Assembly (NCBI GenBank): GCA_964016885.1
Contig: OZ024745.1
Coordinates: 46,872,001-46,936,000, forward strand
Length of the DNA stretch: 64,000 bases
Source: Eledone cirrhosa
Lineage: Eukaryota
Direction of reading: 5' to 3'
Position numbers and translations under genes: made by a program. Under the pieces are notes generated by a model. That model saw nothing but the letters and a program-made list of their open reading frames with translations, was not told the DNA's origin and ran no database searches. Positions 26,315 to 38,100 of the stretch are shown piece by piece; positions within the stretch are counted from its first letter, which is position 1, and each line of letters begins with the position of its first letter.

Positions 26315-28007
26315 TCCGTTTTTTATCCGAGTACCCCGTCTTTTATTTGGGCGCCCCGTTTTTTTATGGGGCAGGTCCGTTTTTGATTTGGGTGCCCCGT
26401 TTTTTTATGGGGGGTTCCGTTTTTTATGGGGGTCCGTTTTTTATTTGGCTGCTCCGTTTTTTTTATAGGGGGGGGGGGGGTCCGTTTTTTATTTGGGTAC
26501 CCCGTTTTTTATTTGGGTGCCCCGTTTATTTATGGGGTGTCCGTTTTTTATTTGTGTGCCCCGTATTTTTATGGGGGGTTCCGTTTTTTATTTGGGTGCT
26601 ACGTTTTTTATTTGGGTGCCCCGTTTTTTATTTGGGTGCCTGGTTTTTTTTATAGGGGGGGGTCCGTTTTTTATTTGGGTGCCCGTTTTTTTATTTGGGT
26701 GCCCCGTTTTTTTTATAGGGGGGGAGTCCGTTTTTCATTTGGGTGCCCCGTTTTTTTATGGGGGGGTGGGTTTTGCTATGGGGGGGTCCGTTTTTTATTT
26801 GGGTGCCCCGTTTTTTTATGGGGGGTTCCGTTTTTTTATGTGGGGTCCGTTTTTTATTTGGGTGCTCCGTTTTTTTTATAGGGGGGGGTCCGTTTTTTTA
26901 TTTGGGTGCCCCGTTTTTTTATGGGGGGGTCCGTTTTTTATTTGGGTGTCCCGTTTTTTTATGGGGGGTCCGTTTTTTATTTGGATGGCCCGTTTTTTAT
27001 TTGGGTGCCCCGTTTTTTATGGGGGAGGGGTCCGTTTTTGATTTGGGTGCCCCGTTTTTTATTTGGGTGCCCCGTTTTTTTATGGGGGGTCCGTTTTTAT
27101 TTGGGTGCCCCGTTTTTTATTTGGGTGCCCCGTTTTTTTATGGGCGGGGGGTCCGTTTTTTATTTGGGTGACCCGTTTTTTATTTGGGTGCCCCGTTTTT
27201 TTATAGGGGGTCGTCCGTTCTTTATTTGGGTGCCCCGTTTTTTTATGGGGTGGTCAGTTTTCCTATGGGGGGGTCCGTTTTTTTATGGGAGGTTCCTTTT
27301 TTTTATGGGGGGGCTCGTTTTTTATTTAGGTGCCCCGTTTTTTTATGGGGAGGGTCCTTTTTTTTATTTGGGTGCCCCGTTTTTTGGGTAACCCGTTTTT
27401 TTTATGGGGGGGGTACGTTTTTTATTTGGGTGCCCCGTTCTTTATTTGGGTGCCCCGTTTTTCATTTGGGTGCCCCGTTTTTTTATGGGGGCGTCCGTTT
27501 TTTGTTTGGGTGCCCCGTTATTTATATGGGTGCCCCGTTTTTTTTATAGGGGGGGTCGGTTTTTTATTTGGGTGCCCCGTTTCTTTATGGGGGGTTCAGT
27601 TTTTCATTTGGGCACCCCGTTTTTTATTTGGGTGCCGCTTTTTTTTATGGGGGGGGGGTCCGTTTTTTATTTGGGTGCCCCGTTTCTTTATGAGGTTGAA
27701 CCGTTTTTTTTTATTGGGGGGGGTCCCTTTTTTCTATTGGATGCACCGTTTATTATGGGGGGTCCGTTTTTTATTTGGGGTGCCCCGTTTTTTATTTGGG
27801 TGACCCTTCTTTTTTAGGGGGGGTCTGTTTTTTTATTTGGGTGCCCCGTTTCTTTATGGGGGGGTTCCGACTTTTTATGGGGGGGGTCCCCTTTTTTATT
27901 TGGGTGCCCCTTTTTTTTATTTGGTTGGGTGCCCCGTTTTTTTTTATGGGGGGTCTGTTTTTATTTGGGTGCCCCGTTTTTTACTTGGGTAACCCGTTTT
28001 TTTATGT

Positions 28008-28029
28008 GGGGGGGGGGGGGGGGGGGGGG
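28008..28029 (+). repeat. Poly-G homopolymer (22 G) in an expanded B monomer
   Basis: Counted directly. The same homopolymer caveat applies. Confidence 0.85.
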
Positions 28030-28619
28030 TACGTTTTTATTTGGGTACCCCGTTTTTTTATAGGGGGGGTCCGTTTTTTATCTGGGTGCCCCGTTTTTTT
28101 ATGGGGGGGGTCCGTTTTTATTTGGGTGCCCCGTTTTTTATTTGGGTGCCCCGTTTTTTTATGGGGGGTCCGTTTTTATTTGGGTGCCCCGTTTTTTATT
28201 TGGGTGCCCCGTTTTTTTATGGGCGGGGGGACCGTTTTTTATTTGGGTGCCCCGTTTTTTATTTGGGTGCCCCGTTTTTTTATAGGGGGTCGTCCGTTTT
28301 TTATTTGGGTGCCCCGTTTTTTATTTGGGTGCCCGGTTTTTTTTATAGGGGGTCCGTTTTTAATTTGGGTGTCCCGTTTTTTATGGGGGGGTCCGTTTTT
28401 TATTTGGGTGCCCCGTTTTTTATTTGGGTGCCCCGTTTTTTTATAGGGGGTCGTCCGTTTTTTATTTGGGTGCCCCGTTTTTTATTTGGGTGCCCCGTTT
28501 TTTTATAGGGGGTCGTCCGTTTTTTATTTTGGGTGCCCCGTTTTTTATTTGGTGCCCCGTTTTTTTTATAGGGGGGTCCGTTTTTAATTTGGGTGTCCCG
28601 TTTTTTATGGGGGGGTCCG

Positions 28620-31600
28620 TTTTTTTATTTGGGTGCCCCGTTTTTTATTTGGGTGCCCCGTGTTTTTTATGGGGGGGGTCCGTTTTTCATTTGGGTGCCC
28701 CGTGTTTTATTTGGGTGCCCCGTTTTTTTATGGGAGGGGGTCCGTTTTTTATTTGGGTGCCCCGTTTTTTTATGGGGGGGGGGTCTATTTTTCATTTGGG
28801 TGCCCCGTTTTTTATTTGGGTGCCCGGTTTTTTTTTTATAGGGGAGTACGTTTTTATTTGGGTGCCCCGTTTTTTTTATGAGGGGATACGTTTTTTATTT
28901 GGGTACCACGTTTTTTATTTGGGTGCCCCGTTTCTTTATGGGGGGTCCGTTTTTTATTTGGGTGCTCCGTTTTTTATTTGGGTGACCGGTGTCTTTATAG
29001 GGGGGGTCCGTTTTTTATTTGGGTGCACCGTTTTTTATTTGGGCGCATCGTTTTTTATTTGGGTGCCCCGTTTTTTTATAGGGGGGTCCGTTTTTTATTT
29101 GGGTGCCCCGTTTTTCATTTGGGTGCCCCGTTTTTTTATGGGGGGGTCCGTTTTTTATTTGGGTGCCCCGTTATTTATATGGGTGCCCCGTTTTTTTTAT
29201 AGGGGCGGGGTACATTTTTTATTTGGGTGCCCCGTTTATTTATGGGGGGTTCAGTTTTTCATTTGGGTACCCCGTTTTTTATTTGGGTGCCCCGTTTCTT
29301 TATGAGGGTGACCCTTTTTTTTATGGGGGGGTCCTTTTTTCTATTTGGATGCCCCGTTTTTTATGGGGGTCCGTTTTTTATTTGGGTGCCCCGTTTTTTA
29401 TTTGGGTACCTCGTTTTTTTCATAGGGGGGTCTGTTTTTTATTTGGGTGCCCTGTTTCTTTATGGGGGGTTTCGACTTTTTATGGGGGGGTCCGTTTTTT
29501 ATTTGGGTGCCCCTTTTTTTATTTGGGTGCCCCGTTTATTTATGGGGGGTCCGTTTTTATTTCGGTGCCCCGTTTTTTATTTGGGTAACCCGTTTTTTTT
29601 ATGGGGGGAGGGGTACGTTTTTATTTGTGTGCCCCGTTTTTTTATAGGGGGGGTCCGTTTTTTATATGGGTGCCCCGTTTTTTTTTTATGGGGGGGTCCG
29701 TTTTTATTTGTGTGCCCCGTTTTTTATTTGGGTGCCCCGTTTTTTTTATGGGGGGTCCGTTTTTATTTGTGTGCCCCGTTTTTTATTTGGGTGCCCCGTT
29801 TTTTTTATGGGGGGTCCGTTTTTATTTCGGTGCCCCGTTTTTTATTTGGGTGCCCCGTTTTTTTATGGGCGGGAGATACGTTTTTTATCTGGGTGCCCCG
29901 TTTTTTATTTGGGTGACCCGTATTTTTATGGGGTGGTCCGTTTTCCTATGGGGGGGGGGGTTTATGGGGTTTCCGTTTTTTTTATGGGGGGGTCCGTTTT
30001 TTATTTGGGTGCCTCGTTTTTTTATGGGGAGGGTTCTTTTTTTTATTTGGGTGCCCAGTTTTTTTATAGGGAGGGTCCGTTTTTTATTTGGGTGCCCCGT
30101 TTTTTTATGGGGGGGTCCGTTTTCCAATGAGGGGGGGGGTCCGTTTTTTATTTGGGTGCCCCGTTTTTTATTTGGGTGTCCCGTTTTTTTATGGGGGGGT
30201 CCGTTTTTTATTTGGGTGCCCCGTTTTTTATTGGGAGGGTCCGTTTTTTATTTGGGTGCCCCGTTTTTTATTTGGGTGCCCCGTTTATTATTTGGGTGCC
30301 CCGTTTTTTTATGGGGGGATCCGTTTTTTATTTGTGTGCCCCGTTTTTTTATGGGGGGGTCCGTTTTTATTTGGGTGCCCCGTTTTTTATTTGGGTGCCC
30401 CGTTTATTATTTGGGTGCCCCGTTTTTTTATGGGGGGGTCCGTTTTTTATTTGGGTGCCCCTTTTAATTATGGGGGGTCCGTTTTTTATTCGGGTGCCCC
30501 GTTTTTTAATAGGGGGGGGGTCCGTTTTTTATTTGGGTGCCCCGTTTTTTTATGGGGGGGTCCGTTTTCCTATGAGGGAAGGGGGTCCGTTTTTTATTTG
30601 GGTGCCCCGTTTTTATTTGGGTGCCCCGTTTATTATTTGGGTGCCCCGTTTTTTTACGGGGGGGGGGGGGGGGGTGCGTTTTTTATTTGGGTGCCCCGTT
30701 TAATTATGGGGGGGTCCGTTTTTTATTCGGGTGCCCCGTTTTTTATTTGGGTGCCCGGTTTTTTTATGGGGGGGTTAGTTTCTTATTTGTATGACCCGTT
30801 TTTTATTTGGGTGCCTGGTTTTTTATGGGGGGGGGGGTCCGTTTTTTATTTGGGTGCCCCGTTTTTTATTTGGGTGCCCCGTTTTTCATTTGGGTGCCCC
30901 GTTTTTTTTATAGGGGGGTCCGTTTTTTATGGGGGAATCCGTTTTTTATTTGGGTACACCGTTTTTTATTTGGGTGCCCCTTCTTTTTATGGGGTGGGGG
31001 TACGTTTTTTTATCTGGGTGCCCCGTTTTTTTTATGGGGTGTCCGTTTTTTATTTGGGTGCCCCGTTTTTTTATGGGGGGGTCCGTTTTTTATTTGGGTG
31101 CCCCGTTTTTTTATGGAGTGGCCGTTTTTTATTTGAGTGCCCCGTTTTTTTATGGGAGTGGGTCCGTTTTTTATTTGGGTGCCCCGTTCTTTTATGGGGG
31201 GGGCTTCCGCTTTTTATTTGTGTGCTCCGTTTTTTTATGGGGGGTCCGTTTTTTATTTGGGTGCCCCGTTTTTTATTTGGGTGCCCCGTTTTTTTATGGG
31301 GGGGTCCGTTTTTTATTTGGGTGCCCCGTTTTTTATTTGGGTGCCCCGTTTTTTTATGGGGGTGTCCGTTTTTTATTTGGGTGCCCCTTTTTTATTTGAG
31401 CGCCCCGTTTTTTTATGGGGGTGTCCGTTTTTTATTTGGGTGCTCCGTTTTTTATGGGGGGTCCGTTTTTATTTCGGTGCCCCGTTTTTTATTTGGGTAA
31501 CCCATTTTTTTATGGGGGGAGGGGTACGTTTTTATTTGGGTGCCCCGTTTTTTATTTGGGTGACCCGTTTTTTTATAGGGTGGTCCGTTTTCTTATGGGG

Positions 31601-34600
31601 GGGGGTCGTTTTTTTTTATGGGGTTTCCGTTTTTTTTATGGGGGGTCCGTTTTTTATTTGGGTGCCCCGTTCTTTTATGGGGAGGGTCCTTTTTTTATTT
31701 GGGTGCCCCTTTTTTTATTTGGGTAACCCGTTTTTTTATGGGGGAGGGGTACGTTTTTATTTGGGTGCCCCGTTATTTTTATAGGGGGGGTCCGTTTTCC
31801 TATGGGGGGGTCCGTTTTTTATGGGGGGTTCCGTTTTTTTTATGGGGGGGTCCGTTTTTTATTTGGGTGCCCCGTTTTGTTATGGGGAGGGTCCGTTTTT
31901 TATTTGGGTGCCCCGTTTTTTATTTGGGTGCCCCGTTTTTTTTATGGGGGGGTCCGTTATTCATTTGGGTGCCCCGTGTTTTATTTGGGTGCCCCGTTTT
32001 TTTATGGGGGGGTCCGTTTTTTATTTGGGTGCCCCGTTATTTAATGGGGGGGTCTGTTTTTTATTTGGGTGCCCCGTTTTTTATTTGGGTGCCCAGTTTT
32101 TTTTTATAGGGGGGTCCGTTTTTATTTGGGTGCCCCGTTTTTTTTATGAGGGGATACGTTTTTTATTTGGGTACCCCGTTTTTTATTTGGGTGCCCCGTT
32201 TTTTTATGGGGGGTCCGTTTTTTATTTGGGTGCTGCGTTTTTTATTTGGGTAATCGGTGTCTTTATAGGGGGGGTCCGTTTTTTATTTGGGTGCCCCGTT
32301 TTTTATGGGGGGTTCCTATTTTTTATGGGGGGGGGGGTCCGTTTTTTGTTTAGGTACCCCGTTTTTTATTTGAATGCCCCGTTATTTTATAGGGGGGGTC
32401 CGTTTTTTATTTGGGTGCCCCGTTTTTTATTTGGGTGCCCCGTTTTTTATTTGGGTGCCCCGTTTTTTTTATAGGGGGTCCGTTTTTTATTTGGGTGCCC
32501 CGTTTTTTATTTGGGTACCCCGTTTTTTATTTGGGTGGCCCGTTTTTTTATGGGGGGGTCCGTTTTTTATTTGGGTGCCCCGTTATTTATATGGGTGCCC
32601 CGTTTTTTTTATAGGGGGGGGGGGGTCCGTTTTTTATTTGGGTGTCCCGTTTCTTTATGGGGGTTCAGTTTTTCATTTGGGTACCCCGTTTTTTATTTGG
32701 GTGCCCCGTTTCTTTATGAGGGTGACCCGTTTTTTTTATGGGGGTGTCCTTTTTACTATTTGGATGCCCCGTTTTTTATGGGGGGTCCGTTTTTTATTTG
32801 GGTGCCCCGTTTTTTATTTGGGTGACCCGTTTTTTTCATAGGGGGGGTCTGTTTTTTATTTGGGTGCCCCGTTTCTTTATGGGGGGTTGCGACTTTTTAT
32901 GGGGGGGGTCCGTTTTTTATTTGGGTGCCCCTTTTTTTTATTTGGGTGCCCCTTTTTTTATTTGGGTGCCCCGTTTTTTTATGGGGGGTCCGTTTTTATT
33001 TGGGTGCCCCGTTTTTTATTTGGGTAACCCGTTTTTTTATGGGGGGAGGGGTACGTTTTTATTTGGCTGCCCCGTTTTTTTATGGTGAGGGTCCTTTTTT
33101 TATTTGGGTGCCCCGTTTTTTATTTGGGTAACACGTTTTTTTTTATGGGGGAGGGGTACGTTTTTATTTGGGTGCCCCGTTTTTTTTATAGGGGGGTCCG
33201 TTTTTATTTGGGTGCCCCGTTTTTTATGAGGGGGGTCCGTTTACTATTTGGGTGCTCCGTTTTTTATTTGGGTGCCCGGTTTCTTTATAGGGGTGCCCCG
33301 TTTTTTATTTGGGTGCCCCGTTTTTTTATGGGGTGGTCCGTTTTCCTATGGGGGGAGGGGTCCGTTTTTTTATGGGGGTTCCGTTTTTTTATGGGGGGGT
33401 CCATTTTTTATTTGGGTGCCCCGTTTTTTTATGGGGAGGGTCCTTTTTTTTATTTGGGTGCCCCGTTTTTTTATAGGGGGTCCGTTTTTTATATGGGAGC
33501 CCCGTTTTTTTATGGGGGGTCCGTTTTTATTTGGGTGCCCCGTTTTTTCATGAGGGGGGTCCGTTTTTTATTTGGGTGCTCCGTTTTTTATTTGGGTGCC
33601 CGGTTTCTTTATAGGGGGGTCCGTTTTTATCTGGGTGCCCCGTTCTTTTATGAGGGTGTCCGTTTTTTATTTGGGTACCCCGTTATTTATTTGGGTGCCC
33701 CGTTTTTTTATGGGGGGGGTACGTTTTTTATTTGGGTGCCCCGTTTTTTATTTGGGTGCCCCGTTTTTTATTTGGGTGCCCAGTTTTTTTATAGGGAGGG
33801 TCCGTCTTTTATTTGGGTGCCCCGTTTTTTTATGGGGGGGGGTCCGTTTTCCAATAAGGGGGGGGGTCCGTTTTTTATTTGGGTGCCCCGTTTTTTATTT
33901 GGGTGTCCCGTTTTTTTATGGGGGGGTCCGTTTTTTATTTGGGTGCCCCGTTTTTTATTTGGGTGCCCCGTTTTTTATTTGGGTGCCCCGTTTATTATTT
34001 GGGTGCCCCGTTTTTTTATGGGGCGATCCGTTTTTTATTTGTGTGCCCCGTTTTTTTTATGGGGGGGTCCGTTTTTATTTGGGTGCCCCGTTTTTTATTT
34101 GGGTGCCCCGTTTATTTGGGTGCCCCGTTTTTTTATGGGGGGGTCCGTTTTTTATTTGGGTGCCCCTTTTAATTATGGGGGGGTCCGTTTTTTATTCGGG
34201 TGCCCCGTTTTTTATTTCGGAGCCCGGTTTTTTAATGGGGGGGGTCAGTTTCTTATTTGGATGCCCCGTTTTTTATTTGGGTGCCTGGTTATTTTATGGG
34301 GGGGGTCCGTTTTTTATTTGGGTGCCCCGTTTTTTTTATAGGGGGGTCCGTTTTTTGGGGGGAATCCGTTTCTTATTCGGGTGCCCCGTTTTTTATTTGG
34401 GTACCCCGTTTTTTATTTGGGTTCCCCGTTTTTTTATGGGGAGGTCCGTTTTTTATTTGGGTGCCCCTTTTTTTTATGGGGGGGTACGTTTTTTATTTCG
34501 GTGCCCCGTTTTTTTATGGGGGGGTCCGTTTTTTATTTGGGTGCCCCGTTTTTTTATGGGGGGGGGTCCGTTTTTTATTTGGGTGCCCCGTTTTTTAATA

Positions 34601-35130
34601 GGGGGGGGGGGTCCGTTTTTTATTTGGGTGCCCCGTATTTTTATGGGGGGGTCCGTTTTCCTATGAGGGAAGGGTGGTCCGTTTTTTATTTGGGTGCCCC
34701 GTTTTTATTTGGGTGCCCCGTTTATTATTTGGGTGCCCCGTTTTTTTATGGGGGGGGTCCGTTTTTTATTTGGGTGCCCCGTTTAATTATGGGGGGGGTC
34801 CGTTTTTTATTCGGGTGCCCCGTTTTTTATTTGGGTGCCCGGTTTTTTTATGGGGGGGTTAGTTTCTTATTTGTATGACCCGTTTTTTATTTGGGTGCCT
34901 GGTTTTTTATGGGGGGGTCCGTTTTTTATTTGGGTGCCCCGTTTTTTATTTGGGTGCCCCGTTTTTTTTTATAGGGGGGTCCGTTTTTTATGGGGGAATC
35001 CGTTTTTTATTTGGGTACACCGTTTTTTATTTGGGTGCCCCGTCTTTTTATGGGGTGGGGGTACGTTTTTTTATCTGGGTGCCCAGTTTTTTTTTATGGG
35101 GTGTCCGTTTTTTATTTGGGTGCCCCGTTT
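28620..35130 (+). repeat. Diverged duplication ~28620-31050 versus ~31900-35130
   Basis: Colinear private markers: GAGGGGATACG 28880/32148, GGTGTCTTTATAGG ~28988/32256, TTATTTATATGGG ~29171/32583, CCAAT(G/A)AGGG 30124/33851, CCTATGAGGGAAGGG 30569/34660, GTTAGTTTCTTATTTGTATGACCC ~30774/34858 and GTACACCG ~30954/35015. Confidence 0.85.
30658..30674 (+). repeat. Poly-G homopolymer (17 G) in an expanded B monomer
   Basis: Counted directly. The homologous position in the duplicate (~34750-34757) has only 8 G. Confidence 0.85.
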
Positions 35131-38100
35131 TTTTTATAGAGGGGTCCGTTTTTTATGGGGGAATTCGTTTATTATTCGGGTGACCCGTTTTTTATTTGGG
35201 CACCCCGTTTTTTATTTGGGTGCCCCGTTTTTTTATGGGGGGGGGTCCGTTTTTTCTCTGGGTGCCCCGTTTTTTATGGGGTGTCCGTATTTTATTTGGG
35301 TGCCCCGTTTTTTTTTATAGGGGGGGTCCGTTTTTTATGCGGGAATCCGTTTTTTATTTGGTTTCACCGTTTTTTATTTGGGTGCCCCGTTTTTTCATTT
35401 GGGTGCCCCGTTTTTTTAATGGGGTCTCCGTTTTTTATTTGGTTGCACCCTTTTTTATTTGGGTGCCCCGTTTTTTCATTTGGGTGCCCCGTTTTTTTAT
35501 GGGGGGTCCGTTTTTTATTTGGGTGCCCCGTTTTTTTATAGGGGGGTCCGTTATATATGGGGGAATCCGTTTTTTTTTTCGGGTGCCCCGTTTTTTATTT
35601 GGGTACCCCGTTTTTTTATGGGGGGGGGTCCGTTTTTTCTCTGGGTGCCCCGTATTTTTTATGGGGTGTCCGTTTTTTATTTGTGTGCCCAGTTTTTTTA
35701 TTTGGGTGCCCCGTTTTTTTTATGGGGGGGGTCTGTTTTTTATTTGGGTGCCCCGTTATTTTTTTTTTGGGGGGGGGTCCGTTTCTTATTTGGGTGCCCC
35801 GTTTTTTATTTGTGTGCCCCGTTTTTTTTATGGGGCGGAACTTTTTTATTTGGGTGCCCCGTTTTTTTATGGGGTGGTCCGTTTTCTATTTTGGTGCCCC
35901 GTTTTTTTTTATGGCGGGTCCGTTTTTTTTTGGGAGCCCCATATTTTTATTTGGGTGCCCCGTTTTTTTATAGGGGGGGGGTCCGTCTTTCATGGGGGAA
36001 TCCGTTTTTTATTCGGGTACCCCGTTTTATATTTGGGTACCCCGTTTTTTATTTGGGTGCCCGGTTTTTTATTTGGGTACCCCGTTTTTTATTTGGGTGC
36101 CCCGTTCTTTTTATAGGGGGTCCGTTTTTTATGGGGGAATCCGTTTTTTATTCGGGTGCCCCGTTTTTTATTTGGGTACCCCGTTTTTTAATTGGGTGCC
36201 CCGTTTTTTATTTGGGTGCCCCGTTTTTTTATGGGGGGGTCCGTTTTTTATTTTGGTGCCCCGTTTTTTATTTGTGTGCCCCTCTTTTTTTATGGGGCGG
36301 TCCTTTTTTTATTTGGGTGCCCCGTTTTTTTCATGGGGGGGTCCGTTTTTTTTGAGTGCCCCATTTTTTTATTTGGGTGCCCCGTTTTTTTATAGGGAGG
36401 TCCGTTATATATGGGGGAATCCGTTTTTTTTTTCGGGTGCCCCGTTTTTTATTTGGGTACCCCGTTTTTTTATGGGGGGTGTCCGTTTTTTCTCTGGGTG
36501 CCCCGTATTTTTTATGGGGTGTCCGTTTATTATTTGTGTGCCCAGTTTTTTTATTTGGGTGCCCCGTTTTTTTATGGGGGGGGGGCCGTTTTTTATGGTG
36601 GAATCCGTTTTTTATTCGGGTGCCCCGTTTTTTTTATGGGGGTTCCGTTTTTTATTCGGGTGCCCCGTTTTTTTTATGGGGGTTCCGTTTTTTATTTGGG
36701 TGCCCCGTTTTTTTTATGGGGGTTCCGTTTTCTAGTTGGGTGCCCCGTTTTTTTTTTATAGGGGGTCCGTTTTTTATGGGGTAATCCGTTTTTTATTCGG
36801 GTGCCTCGTTTTTTATTTGGGTGCCCCGTTTTTTTATGGGGGGGGGTCCGTTTTTTATCTGGGTGCCCCGCTTTTTTTATGGGGTGTCCGTATTTTATTT
36901 GGGTGCCCCATTTTTTTATAGGGGGGTCCGTTTTTCATGGGGGAATCCGTTTTTTATTCGGTGCCCCGTTTTTTATTTGGGTGCCCCGTTTTTTTAATGG
37001 GGGCTCCGTTTTTTATTTGGTTGCACCGTTTTTTATTTGGGTGCCCCGTTTTTTTTATAGGGGGGTCCGTTTTTTATGGGGGAATCCGTTTTTTATTCGG
37101 GTGCCCCGTTTTTTATTTGGGTACCCCGTTTTTTATTTGGGTGCCCCGTTTTTTTTATGGGGTGTCCGTATTTTATTTGGGTGCTCCGTTTTTTTTATAG
37201 GGGGTCCGTTTTTTATGAGGGAATCCGTTTTTTATTTGGGTACCCCGTTTTTTATTTGGGTGCCCCGTTTTTTTATGGGGGGGGGTCCGTTTTTTATGTG
37301 GGTACCCCGTTTTTTATTTGGGTGCCCCGTTTTTTATGGGGGGGGGTCCGTAATTTTATTTGGGTGCCCGTTTTTTATGTGGGTGCCCCGTTTCTTAATG
37401 GGGGGTCCGTTATTCATTTGGGTGCCCCGTTTTTTATTTGGGTGCCCCGTTTTTTATGGGCGGGTCCGTTTTTTATTTGGAACCCCGTTTTTTATTTGGG
37501 TGCCCCTTTTTTTATTTGGGTGCCCCGTTTTTTTATAGGGGGGAGGGGTCCGTTTTTTATTTGGGTGCCCGGTTTTTTATAGGGGGTCCGATTTTATTTG
37601 GGTGCCGCGTTTTTTTATGGGGGGTGTCCGTTTTTTATTTAGGTGCCCCGTTTTTTTTATGGGGGGGTCCGTTTTTTATTTGGGTACCCCGTTTTTTATT
37701 TGGGTACCCCGTTTTTTTATGGGGGGTCCGTTTTTTAATTGGGTACCCCATTTTTTATTTGGGTGCCCCGTTTTTTATTTGGGTGCCCCGTTTTTTTATT
37801 AGGGTACCCGGTTTGTTATTTGGGTGCCCCGTTTTTTATTTGGGTGCCCCGTTTTTTATTTGGGTACCCCGTTTTTTATTTGGGTGCCCCGTTTTTGTTA
37901 TGGGGGGTGTCCGTTTTTTATTTGGGTGCCCTTTTTTTATGGGGGTCCGTTTTTTATTTGGGTGCCCCGTTTTTTATTTGGGTACCCTGTTTTTTATTTG
38001 GGTGCCTCGTTTTTTTATGGGGGAGGTCCGTTTTTTATTTGGGTACCCCGGTTTTTATTTGGGTACCCCATTTTTTTATGGTTGGTGTCCGTTTTTTATT

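Larger units (their letters stand above)
21350..37600 (+). repeat. Domain 2: AB (40-bp) and AAB (60-bp) mixed satellite with variable poly-G B monomers, including ATAGGGGG variants
   Basis: The B monomer ATG(G)nTCCG follows every one to three A monomers, e.g. 23041-23180, 28081-28320 and 31241-31380. Confidence 0.88.
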
